Notes under the pieces: generated by a model | The model's input: the letters and a program-made list of their open reading frames with translations, nothing else | The model's database searches: none | Told to the model about the DNA's origin: nothing | Made by a program: the position numbers and the translations under genes | Shown: positions 9,321 through 19,223 of the stretch, piece by piece | How positions within the stretch are numbered: position 1 is the stretch's first letter | Layout: each line of letters starts with the position of its first letter | Assembly: GCA_003151745.1 (NCBI GenBank) | Contig: PLYJ01000069.1 | Coordinates: forward strand, 13,270-77,269 | Reading direction: 5' to 3' | Length of the DNA: 64,000 bases | DNA from: Bacteroidota bacterium | GTDB lineage: Bacteria > Bacteroidota > Bacteroidia > AKYH767-A > 2013-40CM-41-45

Positions 9321-9923
9321 TTAGCCCTTAAATATCTTATTCGTATCTTCAATATATTTTAGCACATCTTCTCTGCCTGTGCTCATTTCAGCAGAGGTGA
9401 TAAAAACGGGTGGAAGTTCTTCCCAGGTCTTCAAAAGTTCTTTTTTAAAATTTGCGACTGAATTAATGAGTTTTTGTCTTGGCATTTTATCTGCCTTGGT
9501 GAAAGTAATGGCAAATGGGACTTCCTTTTCTCCCATCCACCGAATAAAGGAAAGGTCATTCTTCTGCGGTTCGAGCCGTGCATCAATGAGTGTGAAAACA
9601 GAAAGAAGGTTTTTTCTTTTCAATAAATAATCACGGATCATATTATTCCATGCAGCCATTGAAGTTTTTGAAACTTTTGCAAAACCATAACCGGGCAAGT
9701 CAACAAGATACCAGTTGTTGTTTATAAGAAAATGGTTGATGAGCTGTGTTTTGCCGGGCGTAGCAGATATCTTGGCAAGTTTTTTCTTGCCCGTGAGCAT
9801 ATTAATAAGAGACGACTTGCCCACATTAGAGCGCCCGATAAAAGCATACTCCGGCTTGTAAGGTTTTGGACATTTCTCAACATCAGTATTGCTTTCTACA
9901 AATTCGGCGGAAGAAATAATCAT
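9321..9923 (-). CDS. engB: Ribosome biogenesis GTP-binding protein YihA/YsxC
   Basis: G1 GRSNVGKSS, G3 DLPGYG, G4 TKADK. Confidence 0.9.
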   Translation of the reverse strand: MIISSAEFVESNTDVEKCPKPYKPEYAFIGRSNVGKSSLINMLTGKKKLAKISATPGKTQLINHFLINNNWYLVDLPGYGFAKVSKTSMAAWNNMIRDYLLKRKNLLSVFTLIDARLEPQKNDLSFIRWMGEKEVPFAITFTKADKMPRQKLINSVANFKKELLKTWEELPPVFITSAEMSTGREDVLKYIEDTNKIFKG

Positions 9924-9931
9924 CTCTATTT

Positions 9932-10012
9932 AGGTAATTGTGACAATTAAAGTAAATGGGTAATTAAGGATGCATGCTAATCATCTTATTTACCCAATTA
10001 CCTTAATTACTT
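9932..10012. repeat. Hairpin with arms built from GTAATT(A/G)-like repeats
   Basis: AGGTAATTGTGACAATTAAAGTAAATGGGTAATTAAGG pairs with TTATTTACCCAATTACCTTAATTACTTT. Confidence 0.65.
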
Positions 10013-10846
10013 TTAAATTAGAAAACGTTTTTTGAGCCATTGGTCCAACAGTTCATTAAACTCAACCGGCTGCTCCATCATAGGCGCATGGCCGCATTTG
10101 TCAATCCAGAACAACTCGCTCTGTGGCAGACGCTGATGAAATTCTTCCGCTACTTCAGGAGGCGTGATGGCATCCTGTTTGCCCCAGATGAGACATGTTG
10201 GAACATGAATGTCCTTCAGCTCATCGCCCATGTTGTGGCGGATAGCAGACTTAGCAAGAGAGAGGATGCGAATTAATTTGCCTCTGTCATTTACAATGGC
10301 AAAGCATTCATCAACTAATTCTTTGTTTGCATTTTTAGGATCGTAAAAAGTGTAGCCGACTTTCTCTTTGATGTAATTGTAATCTTCCCTGCGTGGAAAT
10401 GTGCCGCCCATGCTGTTTTCATATAAGCCGGAGCTGCCGGTAAGCACAAGAGCTTTAACCACGTCCTGGTGATCTTTTACATATACAAGAGATACGTGCC
10501 CTCCCAGCGAATTGCCGACAAGAATAATGTCACGATAGTTTTTGTATTTAATGAAGGAGTCAACAAAAGCACCCAAAGCTTTTACATTCGTATTAAGCAG
10601 TGGCAATGTATAGATGGGCAGAAGTGGTATTACGACGTTGTACTTCGGTGAAAATTTTTCCACTACATCTACCCAATTGCTGAGTGCGCCGAAGAGACCA
10701 TGTAATAAAAGCAGGGTAGGGCCTTTCCCCTCATCAATATACTGAAAACCGCCTTCTTCCTTTAGTTTATAGTGCACAAAAAAATGTTTGCTGTAAAAGT
10801 ATGAAAATTCAGATGCAAGTGACGCATCTGTATTGTTCGGAAGCAT
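10013..10846 (-). CDS. Alpha/beta hydrolase
   Basis: HGLFG oxyanion region and the nucleophile elbow GNSLGG. Confidence 0.8.
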   Translation of the reverse strand: MLPNNTDASLASEFSYFYSKHFFVHYKLKEEGGFQYIDEGKGPTLLLLHGLFGALSNWVDVVEKFSPKYNVVIPLLPIYTLPLLNTNVKALGAFVDSFIKYKNYRDIILVGNSLGGHVSLVYVKDHQDVVKALVLTGSSGLYENSMGGTFPRREDYNYIKEKVGYTFYDPKNANKELVDECFAIVNDRGKLIRILSLAKSAIRHNMGDELKDIHVPTCLIWGKQDAITPPEVAEEFHQRLPQSELFWIDKCGHAPMMEQPVEFNELLDQWLKKRFLI

Positions 10847-10982
10847 ATCAACTTGAATTATCGCCGCAGATTCTTAGACTTTTTTCTTACCCCATTTTTA
10901 ATATGCGAATCTGAGGCGATTATCAAAGAACGCATCCAATCTTTCTCTTCGCAAAAAGGGATAGAAAAAATAGTTTTCAACA

Positions 10983-11009
10983 AAAGTGCAAAAAAGTGCA
11001 AGAAAGTGC
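10983..11009 (+). promoter_or_regulatory. Putative MraZ operator: three AAAGTGC direct repeats at exact 10-bp spacing
   Basis: AAAGTGC occurs at 10983, 10993 and 11003, about 40 bp upstream of the mraZ ATG. It is followed by TTG...TACATTAG promoter-like sequence. Confidence 0.65.
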
Positions 11010-11046
11010 AAAATTGTTATACATTAGCGCACTCAAATAAAAAACT

Positions 11047-11514
11047 ATGTCTGGCTTCATCGGAGAATTTCCCTGTACAATGGATGCGAAAGGAAGATTT
11101 AATGTTCCTGCCGCACTGCTTAAGCAGGTTCCTGCAAAGGAGCAGAAGCGCTTTGTAGTGCACCGTGGCATTGAGAAGCACCTGGTGTTATATACAAAGA
11201 AGGAGTGGGAAAAAATCAGCGCAGAGATCAACGAGTTGAACTTATATATAAGCAAGAACAGAGATTTTATACGCAAGTTCAACCGTGGCGCTACAGAAGT
11301 GGAACTTGACACAACCAGCCGTCTGCTGTTGCCAAAGAGCTTAACGGATTACGCCGGCATTAACAGGGACATTGTATTGTTTGCTTATGGCAACCGTGTT
11401 GAGATATGGTCGGAAAACGGATATGCGAAAATGCTGAAAGAAGACAAGGATGATTTTGCTGCGCTGGCTGAAGAAGTGATGGGAAAGAAAAATAACAGGG
11501 AAGATGTATCATGA
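11047..11514 (+). CDS. mraZ: Transcriptional regulator MraZ
   Basis: Two SpoVT/AbrB-like halves (DAKGRFNVP and TSRLLLPK). It is the first gene of the dcw cluster. Confidence 0.95.
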   Translation: MSGFIGEFPCTMDAKGRFNVPAALLKQVPAKEQKRFVVHRGIEKHLVLYTKKEWEKISAEINELNLYISKNRDFIRKFNRGATEVELDTTSRLLLPKSLTDYAGINRDIVLFAYGNRVEIWSENGYAKMLKEDKDDFAALAEEVMGKKNNREDVS

Positions 11515-12400
11515 GCCGGTGCTTCTTCGTGAATCCCTTGATGGACTGAACATTAAAGAGGGAGGGGTTTATGTTGATGCAACGTTTGGAGGAGGAGGGC
11601 ATAGCAGAGAGTTGTTGAGCAGGTTGAATGAAGGAAAACTTTTTGGTTTCGACCAGGATGAAGACGCAATAAAAAATGCACTAAAGGATAAGCGCTTTAT
11701 GTTCATCAATCACAATTACAGGCACATGAAAAGGTTTTTGCGTTACTATAATGCATTGCCTGTAGATGGCGTGATCGCTGACCTTGGTATTTCTTCCCAC
11801 CAGATAGATACGGCATCGCGGGGCTTCTCCACACGCTTTGATTCTGATCTTGATATGCGCATGAATCGTTCAGGTGAGCTGACAGCAGAGGTCATTCTTA
11901 ATTCATACAATGAAGCACAACTGACTCAAATCTTTTCTGAATACGGTGAAGTCAGGAATACAAAAACGCTGGTGGCGAAAATTGTTGGTGAAAGAAAGGC
12001 AAATAGCATTAGCAACACTTCTCAATTTAAGCAATTGATTACTCCATTAGCAGAACGAGGCAATGAGAATCAATATTATGCACAGGTGTTCCAGGCATTG
12101 CGCATCGAAGTCAATGATGAATTGGATGCATTAAAAGATTTTCTGCAAGCGTGTGCGGAGGTGATTGTGGAAGGTGGGCGCCTCGTCGTGATCGCCTATC
12201 ATTCTCTTGAAGACCGCCTGGTGAAGAATTTTATCAGCAAAGGCAGATTTGAAGGTGAAGCTGAGAAGGATTTATACGGCAACATCAATAACCTGCCATT
12301 TCGTGCAGTTACGAAGAAGCCTTTTCTTTCTTCCGAAGAAGAAATCAAAAGCAATCCCCGTGCAAGAAGCGCTAAAATGAGAATAGCTGAACGAATATAA
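11504..12400 (+). CDS. rsmH: 16S rRNA (cytosine1402-N4)-methyltransferase
   Basis: HEPVLL start, DATFGGGGHS and DLGISSHQ motifs. Confidence 0.95.
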   Translation: MYHEPVLLRESLDGLNIKEGGVYVDATFGGGGHSRELLSRLNEGKLFGFDQDEDAIKNALKDKRFMFINHNYRHMKRFLRYYNALPVDGVIADLGISSHQIDTASRGFSTRFDSDLDMRMNRSGELTAEVILNSYNEAQLTQIFSEYGEVRNTKTLVAKIVGERKANSISNTSQFKQLITPLAERGNENQYYAQVFQALRIEVNDELDALKDFLQACAEVIVEGGRLVVIAYHSLEDRLVKNFISKGRFEGEAEKDLYGNINNLPFRAVTKKPFLSSEEEIKSNPRARSAKMRIAERI

Positions 12401-12401
12401 T

Positions 12402-12863
12402 ATGGCATCCGGAAATAAATACAAGGAAATTCCTGAAGAGCAGCCGCAGGAGCAGTTCGAACCATCGAAACTGCCTCCTGTTGTTGATGAACAAACTAAG
12501 AAGGAAGAAGAAAAACCTCGTAAGCCAAAGCGGACAAAGAGCTTCTTTCAGTTTATCAGCTTCTTCGACATCGTTGATAAGAATAAGGTGGTTCATGCCA
12601 TGCCGTTTATTCTTTTCCTCACAGTGATCGCTATGTTCTATATAACCAACAGCTTTTATGCAGAGCGCACCATTCGTGACATTGATCAGACAAAAAAGGA
12701 CTTGAAGGAGAAAAGAGCAGAATTTATTTCTACTAAATCAAAGCTGATGCTGAATAGTATGCAGTCGGAAGTGGCTCAACATGCTGCTGCTGCGTCATTT
12801 GATATTAAAGAATCAACAGTTCCTCCAAAGAAGATTGTTGTGGGCACTGAAAAGATAAAATAA
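12402..12863 (+). CDS. ftsL: FtsL-like cell division protein (Bacteroidota type)
   Basis: The position between rsmH and ftsI, with a single TM helix followed by a coiled-coil-like segment. Confidence 0.7.
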   Translation: MASGNKYKEIPEEQPQEQFEPSKLPPVVDEQTKKEEEKPRKPKRTKSFFQFISFFDIVDKNKVVHAMPFILFLTVIAMFYITNSFYAERTIRDIDQTKKDLKEKRAEFISTKSKLMLNSMQSEVAQHAAAASFDIKESTVPPKKIVVGTEKIK

Positions 12864-14971
12864 TGGATGCAAGGAAAGTCATATTAAGAAGAATATACCT
12901 GGTCTTCGTTTGTATCTGCCTGTTTGGAATAGCGATCCTGGCACAGGTTTTTCGTTTGCAATTTGTACAGGGCACATACTGGAAAAACAAGGCTGACAGC
13001 TTGCAGACAAGCTACAGAGTAATTGAAGCTTCGCGTGGAAATATTTTTTCTGACAATGGCAGCCTGCTTGGCACTTCCGTACCTATATACGATGTGCGTA
13101 TGGATGCAGCCTGTGAAGCAATTTCGAAAGGCACTTTTGATAAATGCATTGATTCCTTATCCATTGCTCTTGCCAATCTTTTTAAGGATAAAAATCAGTT
13201 GGATTATAAAAAGGATTTGAGAGATGCGCGCAATGCGGATCAACACTACTACCTCGTTCATAAAGATGTTTCCTATGACCAGCTGCAGGCATTAAAGAAA
13301 TTTCCTCTCTTTAAGCTGGGTCGTTATAAAGGAGGACTGATAATCATTCAGAAAGAAAGAAGGGATATGCCTTTTAATATGCTTGCTCAGCGTACTATAG
13401 GTATGAGCCGCAATGGCATTAAGCCGGTTGGTATTGAAGGTGCCTTTGACACAACATTAGAAGGTGTAAGCGGAAGGCGCCGGATGCAACGCATGGCAGG
13501 GAATGTCTGGATGCCGATAAGCGATAACATTGAAATTGAACCAAAGGATGGCAACGACCTTATTACAACGATTGATATAAACATCCAGGATGTTGCTGAA
13601 CACGCTTTACTCACACAGCTTGTAAAGAACAATGCAGATCATGGCTGTGTAGTGCTGATGGAAGTGCAGACCGGGGCAGTAAAAGCCATCGCAAATCTCA
13701 AAAGAAAAGGAGAAGGCACATATGATGAAGATTACAACTATGCCATAGGCGAAGCTGCAGAACCCGGATCAACGATGAAGCTTGCATCGTTGCTTGTTGC
13801 TTTTGATGACGGACTGGTAGAACCCACGGATACGGTTGATATAGAAGGCGGATCAAAGAAATATGCAGACAGGATACTTCATGATTCACATGAAGGAGTA
13901 CCGAACAGGATTACCGTGCAGCATGCTTTTGAAATTTCATCCAATGTCGGTATTTCAAAAGTCATATATAATAACTATAAAAAGAACCCGACGGCTTTTG
14001 TTAAAGGGTTGCAGGGCCTCCATTTGGATCAGCCGCTTGGCTTGCAAATTACAGGAGAAGCAAAACCGCGTATTAAAAATCCGCTTGATAAGGACTGGTA
14101 CGGCACTACGCTTCCCTTTATGGCAGTTGGTTATGATGTGCTTCTTTCTCCAATGCAGACGCTTACGCTCTACAACGCTGTTGCTAACAATGGCAAAATG
14201 GTAAAGCCGAAGTTTGTAAAAGAGATTCGAAGTCATGGTGTTTTGATGGCATCCTTTCCAACAGAAGTTATCAGTGACACGATTGCTTCTGTTGCCACCA
14301 TTCAAAAAGCAAAAAAATTATTGGAGGGTGTTGTAGAAAGAGGAACAGCTGTGAATTTGAAAACTGCTGCCTATGCAATTGCCGGAAAAACAGGCACAGC
14401 ACAGATTTCGCAGGGCGCAGAAGGTTATAAAGGCAATGGAATAAGATACCAGGCATCTTTTGTAGGTTATTTCCCTGCTGATAATCCAAAGTATTCATGC
14501 ATCGTAGTGGTGAATGCTCCGTCTAACGGCGTGTATTATGGAAACGTCGTCGCAGGATCCATCTTCAAAGAAATTTCTGATAAAGTATATGCAACGAGGT
14601 TGGACATGCACCCGCCTCTTTCTGCTGATACCCTGGTTGCTAAGAATCTTCTGCCTGACATAAAAGCAGGTAATAAGAAAGAAACAATGAAGGCCATTAA
14701 GAAAATCGGGTTGGCTGTAGATTCTCAAAGCGAAGATGCCGATTGGGTTTCATCCTATAACACAAGCGGATCAATTCAATTAAAAGAAAGAAAAAACTTA
14801 CAAGGCACTGTGCCGAATGTAGTAGGCATGGGGCTTCAGGATGCTATATATATTTTGGAAGATTCGGGGCTACGCGTCAAAGTAAACGGACGCGGCATGG
14901 TGTTGAAGCAGTCGCTTGATGCAGGTGGGAAAATTAACCGTGGCTCACAAATAACGATTGAACTGGGCTGA
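12863..14971 (+). CDS. ftsI: Penicillin-binding protein (FtsI/PBP3 class) with C-terminal PASTA domain
   Basis: Transpeptidase motifs STMK, SSN and KTGT. PASTA-like C-terminus (VPNVVGMGLQDAIYILEDSGLRVKVNG). Confidence 0.9.
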   Translation: MDARKVILRRIYLVFVCICLFGIAILAQVFRLQFVQGTYWKNKADSLQTSYRVIEASRGNIFSDNGSLLGTSVPIYDVRMDAACEAISKGTFDKCIDSLSIALANLFKDKNQLDYKKDLRDARNADQHYYLVHKDVSYDQLQALKKFPLFKLGRYKGGLIIIQKERRDMPFNMLAQRTIGMSRNGIKPVGIEGAFDTTLEGVSGRRRMQRMAGNVWMPISDNIEIEPKDGNDLITTIDINIQDVAEHALLTQLVKNNADHGCVVLMEVQTGAVKAIANLKRKGEGTYDEDYNYAIGEAAEPGSTMKLASLLVAFDDGLVEPTDTVDIEGGSKKYADRILHDSHEGVPNRITVQHAFEISSNVGISKVIYNNYKKNPTAFVKGLQGLHLDQPLGLQITGEAKPRIKNPLDKDWYGTTLPFMAVGYDVLLSPMQTLTLYNAVANNGKMVKPKFVKEIRSHGVLMASFPTEVISDTIASVATIQKAKKLLEGVVERGTAVNLKTAAYAIAGKTGTAQISQGAEGYKGNGIRYQASFVGYFPADNPKYSCIVVVNAPSNGVYYGNVVAGSIFKEISDKVYATRLDMHPPLSADTLVAKNLLPDIKAGNKKETMKAIKKIGLAVDSQSEDADWVSSYNTSGSIQLKERKNLQGTVPNVVGMGLQDAIYILEDSGLRVKVNGRGMVLKQSLDAGGKINRGSQITIELG

Positions 14972-16434
14972 TGAAAATTCTTAAAGACATTCTATATAAA
15001 TCGGGCATCATTGATGTGGCAGGTCCAACGGACATTAGCATCAAGGATGTTTGCTTCGATTCACGTAAGGTGTCTTCCGGTTCATTATTTATTGCCATTA
15101 AAGGAACCAAATCAGACGGGCATGAATTCCTTGATGCTGTCATTGCCAATGGCGCTATTGCCATAGTGTGTGAGAACTTTCCGAAGCATCAGAAAGAAAA
15201 CATTACTTACATAAAAGTAAAGGATAGCGCTATTGCTCTCGCTTATATAGCCTGCAACTGGTACAATAATCCTTCTGAGAAGTTTAAGCTGATAGGGGTT
15301 ACGGGTACAAATGGAAAAACGACCACCGTTACATTATTACACCAATTATTCAGGTCGTTAGGTTATAATGTTGGTTTGGTATCTACAGTTAAGAACCAAA
15401 TTAATGACCAGGTAATTCCTTCTACCCATACTACGCCCGATCCGCTTGAATTGAACGGACTTTTTGCTGCCATGCTCGACGAGGGGGTGACGTATTGCTT
15501 CATGGAAGTAAGCTCTCACGCACTGGTTCAGCATCGTGTAACCGGCTTGCAATATGCAGGCGGAGTGTTTACCAACATCACACATGACCACCTCGACTAC
15601 CATAAAACATTTGATGAATATATAAAAGCAAAGAAAAGCTTTTTCGATTCTCTTTCTTCTGAGGCCTTTGCATTGGTCAATGTGGATGATAAGAATGGCA
15701 AGGTGGTGTTGCAGAACACGAAGGCGAAAAAGAAAACCTATTCCATGCAGAAGATGAGTGACTTCCGCTGTAAGCTGATAGAGAATACCATCAGTGGCTT
15801 GTTGCTGAATATTGATGGTCAGGAAGTATTGTGCAAGCTCATCGGTAGTTTCAATGCTTACAACCTTCTCGCAACTTACGCTACAGCCATTTTGCTCGGT
15901 GAGGAGAAACTGAAAGTGCTCACGGCTTTAAGCGCGCTCAATCCTGTTGAAGGCCGTTTTGATTACATCATTTCCGAAAACAAAGTGATCGGCGTGGTTG
16001 ACTATGCTCACACTCCTGATGCTTTGAAAAATGTACTCTCTACTATAAACAATATTCTTGAAGGTTCTGGTAAAGTGATAACCGTGATTGGCTGCGGTGG
16101 TGACCGCGATTCGGCAAAACGTCCTGTCATGGCGCAGATTGCCTGTGAGATGAGCACGAAAGTGATTCTCACTTCCGACAATCCGCGTTCAGAAGATCCT
16201 GGTAAAATAATCTCTCAGATGGAAGCAGGCATCACCGCTGATCAGAAGAAAAAAGCCTTGTCCATTACTGACAGAAAGGAAGCCATCAAGACAGCCTGCT
16301 CTCTTGCGGGACCGGGCGATTTAATTCTCCTCGCAGGTAAAGGACATGAAAAATACCAGGAGATAAAAGGAATAAAAACTCCTTTCGATGATAAAAAAGT
16401 TTTAGAAGAAATGTTCATGATATTCTCAAAATAG
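14971..16434 (+). CDS. murE: UDP-N-acetylmuramoyl-L-alanyl-D-glutamate--2,6-diaminopimelate ligase
   Basis: GVTGTNGKTT P-loop and a DNPR motif (TSDNPRSEDP) typical of mDAP-adding MurE. Confidence 0.9.
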   Translation: MKILKDILYKSGIIDVAGPTDISIKDVCFDSRKVSSGSLFIAIKGTKSDGHEFLDAVIANGAIAIVCENFPKHQKENITYIKVKDSAIALAYIACNWYNNPSEKFKLIGVTGTNGKTTTVTLLHQLFRSLGYNVGLVSTVKNQINDQVIPSTHTTPDPLELNGLFAAMLDEGVTYCFMEVSSHALVQHRVTGLQYAGGVFTNITHDHLDYHKTFDEYIKAKKSFFDSLSSEAFALVNVDDKNGKVVLQNTKAKKKTYSMQKMSDFRCKLIENTISGLLLNIDGQEVLCKLIGSFNAYNLLATYATAILLGEEKLKVLTALSALNPVEGRFDYIISENKVIGVVDYAHTPDALKNVLSTINNILEGSGKVITVIGCGGDRDSAKRPVMAQIACEMSTKVILTSDNPRSEDPGKIISQMEAGITADQKKKALSITDRKEAIKTACSLAGPGDLILLAGKGHEKYQEIKGIKTPFDDKKVLEEMFMIFSK

Positions 16435-16440
16435 AAAGTG

Positions 16441-16510
16441 AGATTTTAGATTGAAGATTTCAGATTAAAAAGTGCTTAATCTCAAATCCTCAATCCTCAA
16501 TCTGAAATTA
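16441..16510. repeat. Intercistronic hairpin (murE|mraY) with GATT(G/T)(A/C)A-type heptamer arms
   Basis: AGATTGAAGATTTCAGATT pairs with AATCTCAAATCCTCAATC..AATCTGAAAT. Confidence 0.7.
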
Positions 16511-16514
16511 AAAA

Positions 16515-17789
16515 ATGCTCTACTACTTATTTGTCTACTTAAAGAGTCATTATAACGTACCGGGTGCCGGAGTGTTTTACTACATCTCATTCCGTGCGGC
16601 AATGGCAATCATTACCTCGCTTTTTATCACGCTGCTGTTGGGTAAAACCATTATCCGCTATCTATATAAGAAGCAGGTGGGAGAAACGGTGCGTGATCTT
16701 GGTCTTGCAGGTCAGAAGGAAAAACAAGGTACTCCAACCATGGGAGGATTCATTATTCTTTCTGCCATTCTCATTCCAACATTATTGTTTGCACGGTTAG
16801 GCAATGTATATGTGGTTATCATGTTGGTGACAACAGTGTGGCTAGGCGTCATAGGTGCAATTGATGATTACATAAAAGTGTTTAAAAAAGATAAAGAGGG
16901 ATTAGCTGGTTGGTTCAAAATCCTTGGGCAGGTAGGCCTTGGTATTATTATCGGTTGCACATTGTATTTCAATCCCTATGTAGTAGTGAAGGAAAAGGTG
17001 GTGAAGGAACCATCAACCAACGAAAAGATAATAATAAGTCAGGGGCAGGGAAGTTATATAGATGAGTTGAATCGTAATCCGAACACATTATATGCTGCTA
17101 ACCCTATAAAGTCAACAGCCACTACCATTCCATTCATTAAGAATCATGAATTTGATTATGCTGATTTACTTTCCTGGTATAAGGGGGATTACAAAAAGTA
17201 TGCCTGGTTAGTTTTTATTCCGATCGTCATTCTCATTATCACTGCGGTGTCTAACGGAGCTAATATCACAGATGGAATTGACGGGTTAGCCACGGGTACG
17301 TCAGCTATAATTGGCGCTACACTTGGCGTTCTTGCCTATGTATCCGGCAATATAGGTTTTGCGGATTTCCTGAATATCATGTATATCCCTAATGCAGGGG
17401 AGCTGGTTGTCTTTATTGGTGCATTTGTAGGGGCTTGCATTGGCTTCATGTGGTATAATGCTTATCCCGCACAGGTATTCATGGGTGATACAGGAAGTAT
17501 AGCGCTGGGCGGCATCATTGCCACGTTTGCAATTGCCATCAGAAAGGAATTGCTTATACCGATTCTCTGCGGAATATTTTTGTTAGAAAATATTTCTGTG
17601 GTAATGCAGGTGGGGTATTTTAAATATACGAAGAGAAAATATGGTGCAGGCAGAAGAATATTTAAAATGGCGCCACTGCATCACCATTACCAGAAGCTGG
17701 GATATCACGAATCAAAAATTGTAACACGATTCCTGATTATCGGAATCATGCTTGCGATTGTAACAATTGTCACACTCAAGCTTAGATAA
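16515..17789 (+). CDS. mraY: Phospho-N-acetylmuramoyl-pentapeptide transferase
   Basis: Polytopic membrane protein with [13 protein letters not shown] and FMGDTGS motifs. Confidence 0.95.
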   Translation: MLYYLFVYLKSHYNVPGAGVFYYISFRAAMAIITSLFITLLLGKTIIRYLYKKQVGETVRDLGLAGQKEKQGTPTMGGFIILSAILIPTLLFARLGNVYVVIMLVTTVWLGVIGAIDDYIKVFKKDKEGLAGWFKILGQVGLGIIIGCTLYFNPYVVVKEKVVKEPSTNEKIIISQGQGSYIDELNRNPNTLYAANPIKSTATTIPFIKNHEFDYADLLSWYKGDYKKYAWLVFIPIVILIITAVSNGANITDGIDGLATGTSAIIGATLGVLAYVSGNIGFADFLNIMYIPNAGELVVFIGAFVGACIGFMWYNAYPAQVFMGDTGSIALGGIIATFAIAIRKELLIPILCGIFLLENISVVMQVGYFKYTKRKYGAGRRIFKMAPLHHHYQKLGYHESKIVTRFLIIGIMLAIVTIVTLKLR

Positions 17790-17804
17790 GAGAGTAGTTG
17801 AAGC

Positions 17805-19148
17805 ATGAAGGAGAAAGAAAAAATTGTTGTACTGGGCGCCGGAGAAAGCGGAGTGGGAGCTGCAATTCTTGCAAAGAAGAAAGGATTTGATGTGTGGGTT
17901 TCTGACGGCGGAGTGATTAATGAAAAATACAGAAGCGAACTGATAAAAAATAAAATCGCTTTTGAAGAAAGAAATCATACTGAAGCAAAAATTCTTGCAG
18001 CAAAAGAAGTCATCAAAAGTCCCGGCATTCCTGAAAAGATTGCCATCATTAAGAAGATAAGAAAGAAAAAAATCCCTGTCATATCGGAGATTGAATTTGC
18101 AGGAAGATATACGAATGCTAAAATGATTTGCATCACAGGCACCAACGGAAAAACAACTACCACGCTGCTCACGCACCATATCCTTAAGAAAGCAGGATTG
18201 AAAGTAGGGCTGGCTGGCAACGTTGGTACAAGTCTCGCCTTGCAGGTGGCAAAAAAGAAATTTGACTACTACGTGCTTGAGTTAAGCAGCTTTCAGCTGG
18301 ATGATATGAATGAGTTTAAAAGCGACATCGCAGTGCTGCTGAATATTACTCCCGATCATTTAGACAGATATGATTACAATTTCAACAACTACGTACAATC
18401 AAAATTCCGGATTATTCAAAACCAAACCAAGAACGACGCCTTCATCTATTGTATGGATGATAAAGTAATAACCGATACACTAAAAAAAATTAAACCTAAA
18501 GCTCATCTCTATCCTTTCTCAATAAAAAAAAAACTGAAAGAAGGAGCGTGGCTTGAAAACGATTTTATAAATATAACCACTAAAAACCAAACAACCACTA
18601 TGTCTATCTACAACCTGGCCTTACAAGGCAAACACAACATCTACAATGGCATGGCAGCAGGTATCGCTGCCCGCATTCTTGAAGTACGTAAAGAGACCGT
18701 GCGTGAAAGCCTGTCGGACTTTCGCAATGCAGAGCATCGCCTGGAGTATGTTTCCACGGTTCACGGAGTGGAATTCGTGAATGATTCAAAGGCTACGAAT
18801 GTGAACAGCACCTGGTTTGCGCTTGAAAGCTTCAACAAGCCTGTAGTGCTTATTCTCGGCGGTGTTGACAAGGGCAACGATTACAACATGATGAAAGAAT
18901 TAGTGAAACAGAAAGTAAAAGCAATTGTTTGTCTTGGTATGGAAAACAGGAAGATTCATCGGGCATTCAAAGACATTGCTCCGATTATCATTGACACTAC
19001 CTCCGCAAAACAAGCGGTGCATGAAAGCCTCAAGCTTGCTTCTAAAGGAGATGTGGTGCTTCTTTCACCAGCCTGCGCAAGCTTCGATTTATTTGAAAAC
19101 TATGAAGATAGAGGAAGACAGTTTAAGAAAGCGGTGAAAGCTCTCTAA
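17805..19148 (+). CDS. murD: UDP-N-acetylmuramoylalanine--D-glutamate ligase
   Basis: VVLGAGESG Rossmann motif and ITGTNGKTTT P-loop. Confidence 0.95.
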   Translation: MKEKEKIVVLGAGESGVGAAILAKKKGFDVWVSDGGVINEKYRSELIKNKIAFEERNHTEAKILAAKEVIKSPGIPEKIAIIKKIRKKKIPVISEIEFAGRYTNAKMICITGTNGKTTTTLLTHHILKKAGLKVGLAGNVGTSLALQVAKKKFDYYVLELSSFQLDDMNEFKSDIAVLLNITPDHLDRYDYNFNNYVQSKFRIIQNQTKNDAFIYCMDDKVITDTLKKIKPKAHLYPFSIKKKLKEGAWLENDFINITTKNQTTTMSIYNLALQGKHNIYNGMAAGIAARILEVRKETVRESLSDFRNAEHRLEYVSTVHGVEFVNDSKATNVNSTWFALESFNKPVVLILGGVDKGNDYNMMKELVKQKVKAIVCLGMENRKIHRAFKDIAPIIIDTTSAKQAVHESLKLASKGDVVLLSPACASFDLFENYEDRGRQFKKAVKAL

Positions 19149-19150
19149 GT

Positions 19151-19215
19151 GTTTGAAGTCTGAAGTTTGAGGTGTGATGTTCGCAACCTCGAACTTCAAA
19201 CTTCGAACTTCAAAC
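19151..19215. repeat. Intercistronic hairpin (murD|ftsW) with TTTGAAG/TCTGAAG/TTTGAGG heptamer arms
   Basis: GTTTGAAGTCTGAAGTTTGAGGT pairs with ACCTCGAACTTCAAACTTCGAACTTCAAAC. The right arm has one extra heptamer. Confidence 0.8.
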
Positions 19216-19223
19216 CAAAAACT

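Noticed and set aside
10853-11312. ORFs 10853-11158 (+) and 10977-11312 (-) across the mraZ promoter and 5' region
   Set aside because: They overlap the mraZ operator, promoter and coding start, and have no motifs. mraZ itself is unambiguous.
14971-17789. Missing murF between murE and mraY as a deletion
   Set aside because: As far as I recall, a murF-less dcw order is the usual arrangement in Bacteroidota. The murE-mraY gap holds only a hairpin, with no gene remnant.
19167-19223. Long N-terminal extensions of listed ORFs (ftsW from 19167, aminotransferase to 57693, WbpB-like to 53129, UXS to 54799, uvrC from 4786, DUF433 genes from 31695 and 32595)
   Set aside because: The extensions start at TTG/GTG, run through hairpins or promoter boxes, and precede canonical family N-termini that begin at an internal ATG.
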